Assembly: GCA_951406725.2 (NCBI GenBank)
Contig: OX597828.1
Location: forward strand, 7,626,001-7,690,000
DNA length: 64,000 nt
DNA from: Octopus vulgaris
Taxonomy: Eukaryota
Reading direction: 5' to 3'
Below are positions 39,700 through 53,160 of this stretch, one piece after another. Numbering within the stretch: the stretch's first letter is position 1; every line of letters begins with the position of its first letter. The notes below the pieces were generated by a model. The model saw only the letters and a list, made by a program, of their open reading frames with translations. It ran no database searches and was not told the DNA's origin. Position numbers and translations under genes: made by a program.

Positions 39700-41060
39700 G
39701 GAAGGAAGGAAAAGCAGCGAAGGGCTAGGTGGTGGTCTTAAAGTGGTTGACTGAGCAAGTGTATCACCCAAGATCTATGAATGCAAGGATCCAGAACAAA
39801 TATCGTCAATTATCTTGCCCAACGGGGGAACTTTCGGCAGTAAGATTACTACATTCATTTGGCCGTCAATTCAGTGGTTGACAAACCGCTGACTTGGTCT
39901 TTAACAATCATCGAAAGGTTATTAGCAATCGCTCCTACTACTACATTCATCATCAGTGCAGCATTTGAATTGCCATTCATCATTTTATTTCATAGTTTTG
40001 TAATTAGGAACATATCAAGAAGGCTAAGATTCCAGCTACAGTTGTTTCTTTGAATTACAGTAGTTTTAGGCACCATGTGTGTGTGTGTGTGGGGGGAATG
40101 CATCTTCCGACGGGATGCCTAACTTCCTCTTTTGGCTTTTGTTCGCGTTAACTCTCGACACTTTCTCCTCTTCCCCTGTCCTGCCAATCACTATTAAAAG
40201 AAGCAGCTTGTACCATAATATTAGTCCTGCGCTGAGAAAAAAAGCACCCAAATTAGTTGTTGGTATCAGGGAGTATAAAACTTCCACCCAGGAATGAAAT
40301 TATTATGAATTACAAACAACATAGGCACAGAAGTGGCTGTGTGGTAAGTAGCTTGCTTACCAACCTCTTGGTTCCGGGTTCAGTCCCACTGCATGGCACC
40401 TTGGGCAAGTGTCTTCTACTATAGCCTCGGGCCGACCAAAGCCTTGTGAGTGGATTTGGTAGACGGAAACTGAAAGAAGCTCGTCGTATATATATGTACA
40501 TATATATATATATATATATATATAGATATATAGATATAGATATAGATATAATATATGTATCTATGTGTGTATATGTTTGTGTGTCTGTATTTGTCCCCCC
40601 CCCCCAACATCGCTTGACAACCGATGCTGGTGTTTACGTCCCCGTAACTTAGCAGTTCGGCAAAAGAGACCGATTTGCTCGACTAAAGGCGGTGCTCCAG
40701 CATGGTCCCAGTCAAATGATTGAAACAAGTAAAAGAGTAAAAGAGAGAGTAACACAAAACACGGAGACAACGACAGTGCTCACGGTTGTAAGTGGTTAAT
40801 CATGAAGCTTTCTTTCTGCTTCTTTGAATTCTTTTCATTGTGTACTTCTATCTAAAAAAAAATATTTGGAGGCCGTATTTGTTTACCGTAATCAAAACTA
40901 AAGGTATTGCTACTATCACTCTAGCGTGCATCTCTTCCTGTTACTTTTGAAGCCATTTCCACGCACGAATAACAATACTAAGGGCTATTTGCCAAAACTT
41001 ATAAGCAATAAAACATATCTATAAACAAATCTTTTATCAACACCAGGTAATGGGGTGAGC
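39700..41060 (-). mobile_element. Probable ancient LINE reverse-transcriptase remnant split by a SINE-A
   Basis: Ordered weak motifs PGVD, ARVIVAIP, WYKLL and RVNANKSQKRKLGIP (approximately GxPQG), in broken frames. Confidence 0.4.
40322..40745 (+). mobile_element. SINE-A copy with an internal deletion between two cgat sites
   Basis: aaaagagaccgat|ttgctcgac lacks the agaataag...ggggtcgat block present in other copies. Confidence 0.9.
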
Positions 41061-41154
41061 CCTCAAACAACCTAAAACTGAAACAGAAAACAGAAATAGG
41101 AAATCATGGGGTAATTCGGTTACATGTTACTATGTTACTATTTTCCCGGAACTG

Positions 41155-41156
<2 letters not shown>

Positions 41157-41237
<81 letters not shown>
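41157..41237 (+). repeat. (TAA)27 microsatellite
   Basis: Pure TAA tract. Confidence 0.97.
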
Positions 41238-41238
<1 letters not shown>

Positions 41239-41239
<1 letters not shown>

Positions 41240-41635
41240 TTGAATGGGTGGAATAAAATCCAAGCAGTTAATGTGTGAGCGATAGCATTACTTCGATATG
41301 GATCAGGAATTATAAAATGTCAAAAGAGAGAAGTGAGAAAAATGGATACCATGACCAGAAAAATGTTGAGAGTTCACGGAGCCTTCCACATTAAGAATGA
41401 CACCGATAGGCTGTACATATCCAGGAGAAAAGGTGGGAGAGGTTTGATCAGTTGCCAGGACTGTATGGAAGCGGAGGAAAACATAAAAAATGCCGTGGAT
41501 CCTCTGTTGAAACACACGAAGAAAGCTGGCGTAATCAAAACTAAAGAAAAATTTGAAGAAACGAACAAAAAAAAAAGAAGAAAAAGAAAAAGAAAAAAGT
41601 ATGGATTGAAAAGAAAATGTACGGTCAATTTAAGC
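41239..41635 (+). mobile_element. R4/Dong-like LINE fragment (post-RT region)
   Basis: LNGWNKIQAVNV*AIALLRYGSGII / RKMDTMTRKMLRVHGAFHIKNDTDRLYISRRKGGRGLISC / WIEKKMYGQF. Confidence 0.8.
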
Positions 41636-42375
41636 TGATGAGGGCTTTGCCAAGATGCAAGATGAGAAGCCAACAGATAGATAAAAGTTGCTTGCTCTTT
41701 CCGGCCAAAGGAAGGCAGTGAGTCAATATTGACAAAAGGTTCGGGTGAGATCCGGCTGATGGCTGGATTCGACAGACACGTGATAGTTACATTTTGACTG
41801 AACGTCAGCAACTCTCGGGTAGTAGGTTAATACATACAAAGCGGTTCCGTTGCCCAACACATATCTCGAGCAGACGTGGATGTAGACAATTCTATATCTG
41901 TAGAGTTTATCTTGAACTATAAATGTCCCTTCCCTGCTCCGGTTGCACTATCAGGCAAGGGAATTTGGGAAATTATCCACACACACACACACACTCCGAC
42001 AACCAAAAGTACTCCGATACAGAAAAGCCAGTTAATTTTCATCGCCGCTAAGCGTCTATAGACAGCCGGCAGGTAACCTACATCTATTATGTTACTCGAC
42101 AGATACAAGGCTGTTAACGGTTCACACTCCAAGTGCTACAGCTCGGTCTGGCTTGACTCAGATATGCAGTTCTCTCTAAGAGATCGAAATGTTGAAATGG
42201 GTGTCTGATAAGCAGTGACTGCGTCTGTTCATTGTCAGTGAATTGCTGGATATGTCGTGACTTCAGCGCGTGTTTACCGAGCCATCAGTCATGGCATATC
42301 CAGTCCTCCACGCACCGGTTGTTGATAGTAGAGGGAGCGCCTGACCTGTGGGATGTATCACTTCCGCGCCAAAAA
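41636..42375 (-). mobile_element. Degenerate Tx1/L1-like ORF2 C-terminal fragment
   Basis: VRRSLYYQQPVRGGLDMP (GGLxxP motif), then VQDKLYRY...CSRY...TALYVLTYYP (decayed CCHC region). Confidence 0.55.
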
Positions 42376-42544
42376 AAAAATTAGACCATCCTGTTTATGA
42401 TAGCCCTGGTCGACTTAATAAAGGATAAAACAATACAAATCAACAAATGCAATGCTTTTAAAAAGCAAACTAAAAGCATAAAATTTACGGATCTTTCAAA
42501 ACATTCTACTTCGGCGATAACCACTAACACCACCGCAGCCTCTG

Positions 42545-42892
42545 CCACGACGACGACCTCCACCACCACCACCACCACCACCACCACCACCACCACCACC
42601 ACCACCACCACCACCACCACCATACAACGTGTGAACGATAGAGACAGGAGCGTGATAGCTAGAATGCCTCTGCCTTGATACACCATGTCGGAAGAAAAAG
42701 GTGGGGATGGCCATGGCTGGAACGTCTTAAATCGGGTAAAGAATATCACCAGTACTGCCATTGTGCCCATGCCATAATTAATTTTGCTGTCGTCGTCGTC
42801 ATTGGTGGTGATGATGAAGACGACGACGACGATGATGATGATGAGGATGAGGATGATCAAAATGATGATGATTATGATGGTGGTGGTGGTGG

Positions 42893-42936
<44 letters not shown>

Positions 42937-43085
42937 CGATGATGATGATGATACGATGATGATAATGATGATACAATAATGATGAGGAGGAGGATGTAGA
43001 TGAGGATGATGGTGAAAATTGTGATGATGATGATGATGATAATGATGATGATGGTGGTGGTGAATAAAGTAGGTGGTGATGAACA
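42545..43085. repeat. Compound trinucleotide tracts (CAC)n and (GAT/GGT)n
   Basis: Directly visible. Confidence 0.95.
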
Positions 43086-43901
43086 GCAGCTTAGGAAGAT
43101 AAAGAAAGCGGGAAAAGAAAGAGAAAAAAAAAGCAAGGTTGAGATGAGAAAAAAATAAAACAGAAATGTGTGAGAGAAGAAGGGTAAAAATAAAATAAAA
43201 CAAAACACATAATAGAATAAAAAATAAAGGCAAAATAAAACAAAATGAATATTGTGTATCATCAGTAATTTAACAGAGCTGTTTTGTTTTGGGGTTTTCT
43301 GTTTTACCATTTCACGGCCTTTTGCCAATTCAAAATAAATTCCTTAATTTCTTTTCTGAGGGGCCAATCCCTTTTGCTTCTTTCTCTACCTGACCCCTAG
43401 TTTCTCTGAACGCTTCATTAACTTCAAATATATTGCACTCTAAAACAGGGGAAGAGTGCTGCAAGTTAAATGTCGAAAATACGAATACGGAAAGAAATAA
43501 TGATAGCGTGACCATCTGGTGATGTTTAGCTGACCATAACCGTTACGGTTGAATGCAGAACTTGTAAAGGAATTTTGAACGAGACAATTAAGCCGAGACA
43601 GAAAGAAGCCCGTACTAAATGCATTACGGTATCTAGTTTCGTGCATTAAGTTTCAATTTCCTGTCGAAATCATTTTATTTCACCTATACCATTTAAGGCC
43701 CTTGAAGAAATATAGCACAAATGTCGCAACTATCTGGTTTTCTTTCTTAAAATATAAGGTTTACCCCCTTTCTTTAGGATCTCAAATTCTCTTTTATATC
43801 GCTTTTTGAATCTAGTTGAACCGATCTTTTTCACATTTGACCCAAACCGATGTTTTTCCATAGAAGGTAAGACAGACATAGAAGTAGAGAGAAACTGAGG
43901 A

Positions 43902-43935
<34 letters not shown>

Positions 43936-44100
43936 GGAGATAGAGTGTGAGAGAGAAATCTACCTCTGGTGTGGCTTTGCAACTACATGGTTCGATTGCA
44001 GTTCGATTGCATCACATCTCTGGTGTCTTCTCCGATATTTTCTGGCCGACGAATTCTTTGTGAGGTAATCTGATAGGCGGAAACTATGTGGAAGCTCGTC

Positions 44101-44501
44101 GCACAGGAGTGGCTGTGTGGTAAGTAGCTTGCTAACCAACCACATGGTTCCGGGTTCAGTCCCACTGCGTGCGCAAGTGTCTTGTACTATAGCCTCGGGC
44201 TAACCAAAGCCTTGTGAGTGGATTTGGTAGACGGAAACTGAAATAAGCCCGTCGTATATATGTATATGTATATATATATGTATGTGCATGTATATATTTG
44301 TCCCCCAACATCGCTTGACAAACGATGCTGGTGAGTTCACGTCCCCGTAACTTAGCGGTTCGGCAAAAGAGACCGATAGAATAAGTACTAGGCTTACAAA
44401 GAATAACTCCTGGGGGCGATTTGCTCAACTAAAGGCGTTACTCCAGCATGGCCACAGTCAAATGACTGAAACAAGTAATAGAGTAAAAGAGAGTAAAAGA
44501 G

Positions 44502-44502
<1 letters not shown>
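44101..44502 (+). mobile_element. SINE-A copy, flanked by older SINE-A fragments (about 43970-44100 and 44700-44820)
   Basis: Complete head and tail. A diverged 5' half lies upstream and a diverged 3' half downstream. Confidence 0.88.
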
Positions 44503-44598
<96 letters not shown>

Positions 44599-45189
44599 GT
44601 AAAAAAGACACGCAGAGACACATATACGTGCATCTTTGTGTGTGTCCTTCCACTGCTTGTTAACTGGTATCTGTTTACGCACCGTACATAATGAACAATA
44701 AAAAAGTACAAGATTATAAAAGTAATTAATACTAGGGTCGATTTATTGATCGAACACTTCAAGGCGGTGCTGCAGCATGGCCGCAGTGAAGTGTTTGCAC
44801 CAAATAGAAGAATAAAAGAATTTCTGAATTGGTACCAAATGTTCGTACATTCAATTTTAATTACATGAAAGCAAATTGACACGTTTGTAGTTTTGTCTTT
44901 CGTCTCCACGTGAACGATGGAATGCGTCTCAGCAATATGCATGTGTGGGTTATATCGACTCTTCTCTGTTTCGAAAGAACTGGGAGAATTGTCAGAACGT
45001 CAGACAAATTACTTTGTAGTAATTCTTCTGGCCCATTACATTCTATAATGTCGATAAAATAAGTTACCAGCGAGTCGTAATCGTCTTTTTTGTTCCCCAC
45101 AAATTTCAGGCCTTGTGTTTATATAAGAAAATAAATTAGATTCATCATAAGATAACAAAATAATTTCGCCATGTGGACCAGAAGCACTT

Positions 45190-45630
45190 TTATTTTTTGA
45201 AGGTATAAATCTCTGGGTAGCATGAAGTTGTTTTTCTAAGCTGATATGTACTGTACTCTTTCGTTTCTTTCGTTAATACTTGTTTTGCTATTTTGGTTTC
45301 AATCTTAAGTGTTGTCAAAACTTTTGTCATATCGTAAACGTTGTTTATCTCTGTGTCAGTTCTGATATGATCAAAGACATTCCATCTCTCCTTGAATATT
45401 TGTTCTACATAACTATATGTACCCACAACGTCATTATGTAATGTGTGCCTTATTTTTAAAATAGAAAGTTGTGGTTTGCAGTAGATGATGGCTGCTTTTT
45501 CTATTGGTTTTGGTACGAGGTAGACTCTACGTCGTAGACGCTTCGCCCGTTTCCTCATTTCATTGGATTGGATAGTGGCTTTGTTAAATGTGGCGAACAG
45601 AAACGAAAAGTGCCATATTCCAAATGCCAA
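45190..45630 (-). mobile_element. Possible decayed PLE reverse-transcriptase N-terminal fragment
   Basis: 146-aa non-repetitive frame. VYLVPKPIEKAAIIYCK...GTYSYV resembles the PLE xPxDKAxNxxxxCK...TY segment. Confidence 0.4.
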
Positions 45631-46067
45631 ATTCCATAATTGATAGTTATTTTACAAAAATTTTGATCATAAGTGAGATGCTTTTATTCCCACCTCCCGA
45701 ATATTTTCTTGTCACAGGAAACATGCAATGCTCAGCAATTATAGAATTAAAACTGAATTACAATACTAATGGCGATTATAATGATGATATGTTGGATATG
45801 GTAACGAATACAGGCATCATAATAAAAGTAGCACTCGTTTCAAACACACTCAAATGGCGTTATAAACCTCATTTAATGTCTAACTAAATGGCAATGGATC
45901 CTCGTGGAAGAATTCATAGTCAACTCTGATTTTCTTACGTGCAATGAAGTGAAGAAGCCCTAAATTTCTGCTAGTGAACAAAACATGTACGAAATGTTAA
46001 TTCTTTCGTTTTGCTTTCACATTTGTTCTTGTGGGTATTTAAGGGTATATACGATATATATATATAT

Positions 46068-46250
46068 GATAGATCGTTAGCCACTACACACATATTTCTT
46101 GTTTCTCTCCTTGTTTTTTCTGTGTCCCTTTCTGTAGAAGAGCGTAGGCTCGAAACGTAAAATACTTTTTCTATTCCTGAGCGTTATACGAATACATCTG
46201 TTTGTTTTGTACACCAACTGTCTTCGTCTTTTGTTTTTTTCGTAAACTCT

Positions 46251-46255
<5 letters not shown>
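46068..46255 (+). mobile_element. Solo PLE terminal unit with variant hammerhead (46129-46162)
   Basis: Homologous to 34640-34876. Motif ttt-CTGTAGA-a-gagc(gtag)gctc-GAAA-cg-TA-aaa. Flanked by (TA)n. Confidence 0.75.
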
Positions 46256-46330
<75 letters not shown>

Positions 46331-46355
46331 TTATATATATATATATATATATATA

Positions 46356-46876
46356 TTTTTTTTGCTACCCTTATATTGATTAATTAATGATTTTTTGACT
46401 AATTCTGAAATTGTATCAGCAGTTTATATTTGCTGCTGAGTAGTTGGTGCGGTTACGGTGGATTTCGAAAATTTAGGATATATAAACTCGAGGCTTCGGT
46501 GGTGCCGCCTCGTGTGTATATGTTCTCCTTTTCTTTGGCGACTTTGCTGATGAAACAAGCCAATCGTAAACGGATTTAATTTAATTTAATTAAATTCGAT
46601 TGCGTAAAAATTGTTGAAACCTTGCAGGGTACAAAGTTGAAAGGGATAAATGTTTTTATTTCTCCTTTAGTTTTCAGAATTACTACTATTTTTGCGGTTT
46701 GAGTTTAGCTGCTCTTTTCAAGTGAGTTTAACGACCTGTCAGGGTCATTCCTTAATACTTTTGTTGAATATATTATATAGTCTGTGACTATTTCTATTTT
46801 CTCACTTGATCGCTGGTTGCAGAAAATTTTTCTTGAATTTTTCTTGAATTTTTTTGCTACCCTTATATTGATTAAT

Positions 46877-46880
<4 letters not shown>
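46356..46880. repeat. Unit of about 500 bp bounded by a short direct repeat, embedded in (TA)n
   Basis: ttttttgctacccttatattgattaatta occurs at about 46358-46386 and 46850-46878. Confidence 0.75.
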
Positions 46881-46914
<34 letters not shown>

Positions 46915-47236
46915 TATATATGTACATACATATATATAATATAAACAATATATATATATAATATGAATATATGCATATATACATACGTATATGTATATAT
47001 TTACATCTATACGTATATATATATGCATATGTGGGCACAGGACGTCATGAAACTTGTATAACAAAAAGCATGAGTACATGGAACATGAACTATTCTTTCG
47101 AACAACGAAAGACAGAAATGGAAAACAAAACAAACAACATAAAGGACGACCCTTCATCAGTTCTTGGCTGTTTCTCTAGTCTCGTAAGTCGAGCATTTAA
47201 GGATATATATACAGAGAGAGAGAGAGACAGAGAGAC

Positions 47237-47273
<37 letters not shown>

Positions 47274-47552
47274 AGGGAGAGAGAGGGGTAGTAGCCGACT
47301 AAGGGATAAAATATCCGTATATACTATCAGTATCCATTATCTGTTTTAACCGCGGGCAATAGTGTGCAGGACACCATATACATCGAGCACAGGTAACAAC
47401 AGGATTAACAAAAGTTTATCAGGAACCAATGCAAATAATTAGAAAATGGAGAAAAACATAGATTAACCAGTGCACTGATAGAACTACATTTTAAAGCGTA
47501 TTTATTGATATACTTTAAAATGCGCTGGTTAGTCTTTTTCTCCATTTTCTAA

Positions 47553-47608
<56 letters not shown>

Positions 47609-47735
47609 ACAAAATGAGACAATAACGCAAAACATCCGGACAGCTAGGTGATACACAAAGGGATAACAAAACATCCAGATTGACGATACAAAGAAAACAG
47701 GGACAGGTCATTCGAAGCCCCCCTCTCTGTCTGAT

Positions 47736-47818
<83 letters not shown>

Positions 47819-48154
47819 CCATTGAAAATCTTACCAAGTCCCACTTAATAATAGCTTAAGAGCACTTAATATGTCCAACGTAGTATGATATATTTGAGGC
47901 CAAATTGACAATGCGAATAACATTAATAATTTTCTGACTACTTATTTTACGTATGAATGTTAGGAAATATTCACTACTCCTAACATCTTTAAATAAACTA
48001 TAAGCCCTGATCGTCATCAGATACCTTATACATTTGGATGTACACATAATATGAACCAGAATGCTGGATTCATATGCATATACATGCATATATGCATACA
48101 GACACAAACACACATGCGTACACATTTACATAGATATAAATATAGCATAAGATA

Positions 48155-48367
48155 GAGTTCAAATTTGGCACAAGATCAGAAAATTCAAGAGAGGAGATAA
48201 GTCGATTACATCGACGCCAGTGCTCAACTGGTACTTATTTTATCGACTCCGAAAGGATGAAAAACAAAGTCGACCTCGGCAGAATTTGAAACCATATCGT
48301 AAAGACGAACGAAACGCCGCTATGCATTTTTTCCGGGTTGTCAGCGATTCTGCCAGTTCGCCGACTT
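48155..48367 (-). mobile_element. SINE-B copy (ttgtgccaaattt-type tail)
   Basis: Core matches other SINE-B copies. Confidence 0.8.
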
Positions 48368-48743
48368 ATAATATAAAATGATATCACATAATACAGCATA
48401 ATATAATATATGCGCATTTAAGGATGTTATGCGACGATATGTATTACATACAACTGAAATATACTTCCTCTTTGATCACCTTTCCAATTCAGATTATCAA
48501 AAAACACACAAAGTGTAAAGGTGACCAGTTTGCTAAAACAATGAAATAAGCTATCCAGTTATTTCAGCTGAATACTTCACAAGATACGAAATAAACAGCA
48601 TAAGACAGAAAGAAAGCAGTGAGGGGGTGGGAGACAAAGAGAGAGAAAGACAGGAACAGACAGGCAGAGACACACGGGAAGATAGATAGAGAGAGAGAAC
48701 AAACAGAACGATAGAGAGAAAGAGAGCGAGGGACAGAGATAGG

Positions 48744-48794
<51 letters not shown>

Positions 48795-49227
48795 AGAGAG
48801 TTAAGAATCCTTTCTTTATAATTTCATTCACGAGAGTACTTAATTCATAGTCACTTCACTTCATTAAAGTAGGGGCTAAAATCCTCACGAATCACATACT
48901 ACCGTCTTAAAGGCTATACTGAGCAACGTAATTCCTAATACGCGAATGTAGGGTTTGTCGCGGCTGAAATGCCTTTAATTATAATTTTCTTTCACTCGAC
49001 TGGTATAGGAATACTCAACAACAAACTTTGCTTCGAATAACTGAGGGAAAAATGATATATATATATACAGACACGCACAAATATATAAATGGATGTGTGT
49101 ATTTTTCCCTTTACAATTAACACAGAAAAATATACAGTTACGAGGGCAGCAAAAAATCACACAAATAATAAGGACGTAACACCCTGATTTTAAAGGTAGA
49201 AACTCCGTGTTGATGTGAAATATTTTG

Positions 49228-49308
<81 letters not shown>

Positions 49309-49449
49309 ACAAACTGGGACAAGAACGCAAAACATTTAGAAGACGATACAAAAAACACGGACGGGACATTCGAAGCCTTCAATCTTCAGTCAAGAACCGG
49401 ATCATCCTCGTAATTTCGGTTGATTAATCTTTACATATATATATTATAA

Positions 49450-49600
49450 ATAAATGGAGTTAAACGCAGGTGTTATTCAAATTCTTTTACTTCCGACACA
49501 TGTTTCGAAGAAAACATTGGTATTATTCCAAAGGAATAAAATGATGTAAAAAAATGTAATCTCCTCTTCATGGAAAGAAAGAAATAAACCAAACTCATCA
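49450..49600 (-). mobile_element. Diverged relative of the 25432/27114 pseudo-LTR end, with decayed hammerhead (49490-49577)
   Basis: aaattcttttacttccgacacatgtttcgaaga...ttccaaaggaataaa...ctcttcatggaaag parallels 25470-25563. Confidence 0.7.
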
Positions 49601-49937
49601 ATAATACATTTTATCAGAATGTACACTATATGTGTGTCCTTATATTTTCGAACATATAAGGACATAGATATTGTGTCGTATAGCCACCTGGAAACGATAT
49701 TTCTTGGGGTTTAACAGCAGTAACTATCGTCCCTTCCAGAACAGCCATATTATGTTGGCAAATAGCCTTTACTCTAAAGAACTGTTACTGAATATTTCTC
49801 TTTGAGAGATTTAGAAAGAATAATATTTCTATTTGAAGTATTTGAACTCAGAACGTAAACACAGACTGCTGAGTATTTTGCTCGGCGTGCTAACGATTCT
49901 GCCAGCTCTCCGTCTTCTAAACAACCTTCTAAATATC

Positions 49938-50148
49938 TATTTCATTGCCCACAGGAGGCTAGACATAGAGGAGACAAACAGGGACAGCCAAAGGGATTAA
50001 GTTGATTACATCGACCCCAGTGCATAACTGGTTCTTATTTAATCGACCCCGCAACGATGAAAGGTAAAGTCGACCTCGGCGGAATTTGAACTCAGAACGT
50101 GCAGACGGACGCAATACCGCTGAACATTTCTGCCAGCTCGCCGCCCTC
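49938..50148 (-). mobile_element. SINE-B copy with LINE-type tail
   Basis: Head ggcggcgagctggcagaa on the reverse strand; tail tttgtctcctctatgtctagcctcctgtgggcaatgaaat. Confidence 0.85.
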
Positions 50149-50272
50149 AACCTTCTAAATACTACTACTCTAATGTTTTAGACTGTTCCTCTTTTCGGGT
50201 ATATGAACTACTGGCTCTCCGCCACACACACGCACACACATGTATGTATGTGTTCACATATGTCTGTATGCA

Positions 50273-50310
<38 letters not shown>

Positions 50311-51139
50311 TGTGTGTATGTGTGTGTGTGTATGTACTAATATATTTGTTTTTCACTTGGGCTATTTTTTTTTCTGTATGTTTGTGTCGTCTGGCGGAAA
50401 ATAAATATATCCCTATTATTTGTTAATGTTTGTATGTATAAGAGAGGTGTTGACTGATTGAAAATGAAAATAATGTCTCTTTGTATCTGGTTTGCATTCT
50501 TCAAATAGAAACTAAGTTTCTTAGAATATTAACAGTTCCAAGCAATGATGGATGTTGATATTTGGTTTCATTTGAAGTTCTTTGATGTAGAATAGCAGCT
50601 TTTGGAGGTCAACTGAACCAAGTTCCGCCAACTAGCATTGCCATCACTCTTATGTGTTTATGTACATATGTACGAGTGTGTGTGTGTGTTACTGGTGTAC
50701 AATAACGTCGGTTGTGACTAATTTCCCAGCAGCCAATAAATAATGCATTGCACTTCCGATGGCAAGAATTACAAAGAAGAGTATGTAGCCTGAGGCAGAA
50801 CAAATATCAATATGGACTTCACTTATGAAGTTTGGGGTTTTATTCGTCGCTTCTTATTGTGATGCTTATATCCGGCATCAGTGCATATCGGCGTAAGGCG
50901 CATGTGCACACAGACACAAACACACGAACGCACATGCACATACCAAAAAAAAACATTCACTCATATTTGTATGTATGTATGTGTGCATATATATATATAT
51001 ATATATATACTTATAAGAAAAATGGGATTGAAAATAACCTGGCAGATATCAATAAAGCACTCAGAATTTGGTTATAAACGAATTTGGTTATAAATGTTAC
51101 TGTTTTATAGTATTCCCATTTATATTGTCATATGTTATT

Positions 51140-51945
51140 TATTTCGTTGAACCCGGAATGATGGAAAGTAAAGCCTACCTGGTTCTACTGATTACGCTAA
51201 TCCACCACAATTTTGGCAACAATAAATAATTCTTTCTTATTTTGGCCCAAGACTATCAGTTTTAAGGAACGGAGAGCGTCAATTTACACTTTATTATATC
51301 GATGTTGAAAAGCAAAGTCGACTAACGACTCTGCCTTTAATAGTAATCATACTTTCTGCTATCGGCAGTTCCCTTGAAATTCTAGGTGAAGTGGATAGTC
51401 GAAACATCGACCCCAGTGTTCAGTTGGGACATATTTTATCGACCCCGAACGGACGAAATACAATGTTGATCTCGTCGGTATTTGATCTCCGTACGTAAAG
51501 AGTCGGAAGAAATGCCACTCAACATTTTGTTCAACGCGTTGACAAATTCCGCCAGCTTAGAGCATTGGGAAGGAGGAAAGTCGTTTTTATCGACTCTAAT
51601 GTTCAACTGATGCTTTTTTTATCGACCCTAAAAACAGTGAAAGACAAAGTCCACCTTGGCGGAATTTTAACATTTAATCTATGTTATAACATTCTTACCA
51701 GCTCGCTGCCTTATAAATAATGGCTTTAAATTTTGGCACAAGGCCAACAGTTTCGGGGGATTGGGTAAGTCGATTCCATTGACCCCAGTGCTCGACTGTT
51801 ACTTATTTTATCCCCCCCCCCCCCAAGGATGAAAAGCAAAGTCAACCTCGACGGAATTTGAATTCCGAACATGAAGACAGACCAAGGAGCGCTAAAAATT
51901 TTACCCGGTGTGCTAACACCTCTGCCAGCTCACCACCTTAGCTGC
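51140..51945 (-). mobile_element. Tandem cluster of 4-5 degenerate SINE-B copies
   Basis: Repeated atcgacccc...aaagtc.acct.g.cggaattt units. Confidence 0.75.
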
Positions 51946-52269
51946 TTTATAAATAATAACAATAATAATGATAATAATAAATAAGAATACACACACAGAG
52001 AAGGGGTGTGGGCTAAATGTAACGATGTTTGTGTGTTTTGTTGTTCAGTAACAACTTCATGTATTGGTGAAGCCAACGACTTGGGAGAGCATAAAAAATA
52101 AAGCTGAAGTTGAGAAATAACTAGATGACATCACAGAATTGAAGCCATCTGAATGTTGGGAAAAGAGTTCCCTCTCTAACGTGATGATTCAGACGGAGTA
52201 TGAAAATGTCGATATCACGACTGCTGCTAAAATTCGACATCATGACTGTAAAGGCTGTGAGACGTGGCA

Positions 52270-53160
52270 CGGATAGTTGCAACGGAGACTAAGAAGCCAT
52301 GACCAGCGGGAGAGGACATAACAGGCATTTTGACTGCGTTCGCATGCTGCAATTTATGCAACAACTGCAAGACAAGGTGATGGAAAATACGAGCAAGGGT
52401 TGTGTGTTGAAGTAGCCACCATAAAACTGGCTCTGAATGAGGACCATTCGTATAAGAGGAGTAAAGAGGACCATTTATCGAATGAACAATCTGAGGCATC
52501 CTGTTTAGCTGGGGAGGATCTCGTTCTTTTTAGATGAGAACTTCTGCCATAACATCTTACAAAGAACTAAGAAGAACAGTTTGTTTGTATGCAATCCCTG
52601 AGATTGATGTGATGTCCCACGTATCTTGAAAATTAAGTTCCTTCTCCTAAACTGTGATGGGGTTTGGGTGTATCTCAAGTGAGAGTGAGGTCATGCCGCC
52701 CTACATATTTGAATAAGGTCTTTGGCGCAATAAGGACGGCTTTGTGAAGCCGCTGGAGAACTGGTCAAACTTGGCTTGAGGTTGCTACTCTTGGAAGGCC
52801 ATATGTTGGCGACAAGATTCAGTTCCAGAAAAAGTCAGAAGTGGTTGTCGGGGAATTCCTATAGCTTCACCAGCCCAATTTCTGGGTCACATAATCCTTT
52901 CGATTGTAATTCCATCGATTAATGTTTACGGTTTAGAAAGATATTTGCTCTGCCTGCAACACCAAGGCTGAGCTGGTGGCTAAGATCAAGGAGTTGTTCG
53001 AAGAATTTCCCAGGGACACAGTGGGAAAAGAACGTCTTGAGGCTCTGGTGGAAGCTGAGGCTGGGAACTTTCAGTAAACTGTTATCTCCCATCAATAATC
53101 TTGTTGATATTTTTGATCTTTTAGAATATAACGCAAATTGTCAAATTTAGCTGAACATAG
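52270..53160 (+). mobile_element. Degenerate Tc1/mariner-superfamily transposase, DD37D (maT)-like
   Basis: Broken frames give FFLDENF, VMGFGCISSESEVMPPYIFE*GL, GRPY..RQDS and FW...NPFDCNSID (approximately WPPNSPDCNPxDY). Confidence 0.7.

Noticed and set aside
42381-43328. 315-aa hydrophobic ORF
   Set aside because: Artefact of trinucleotide and T-rich tracts.
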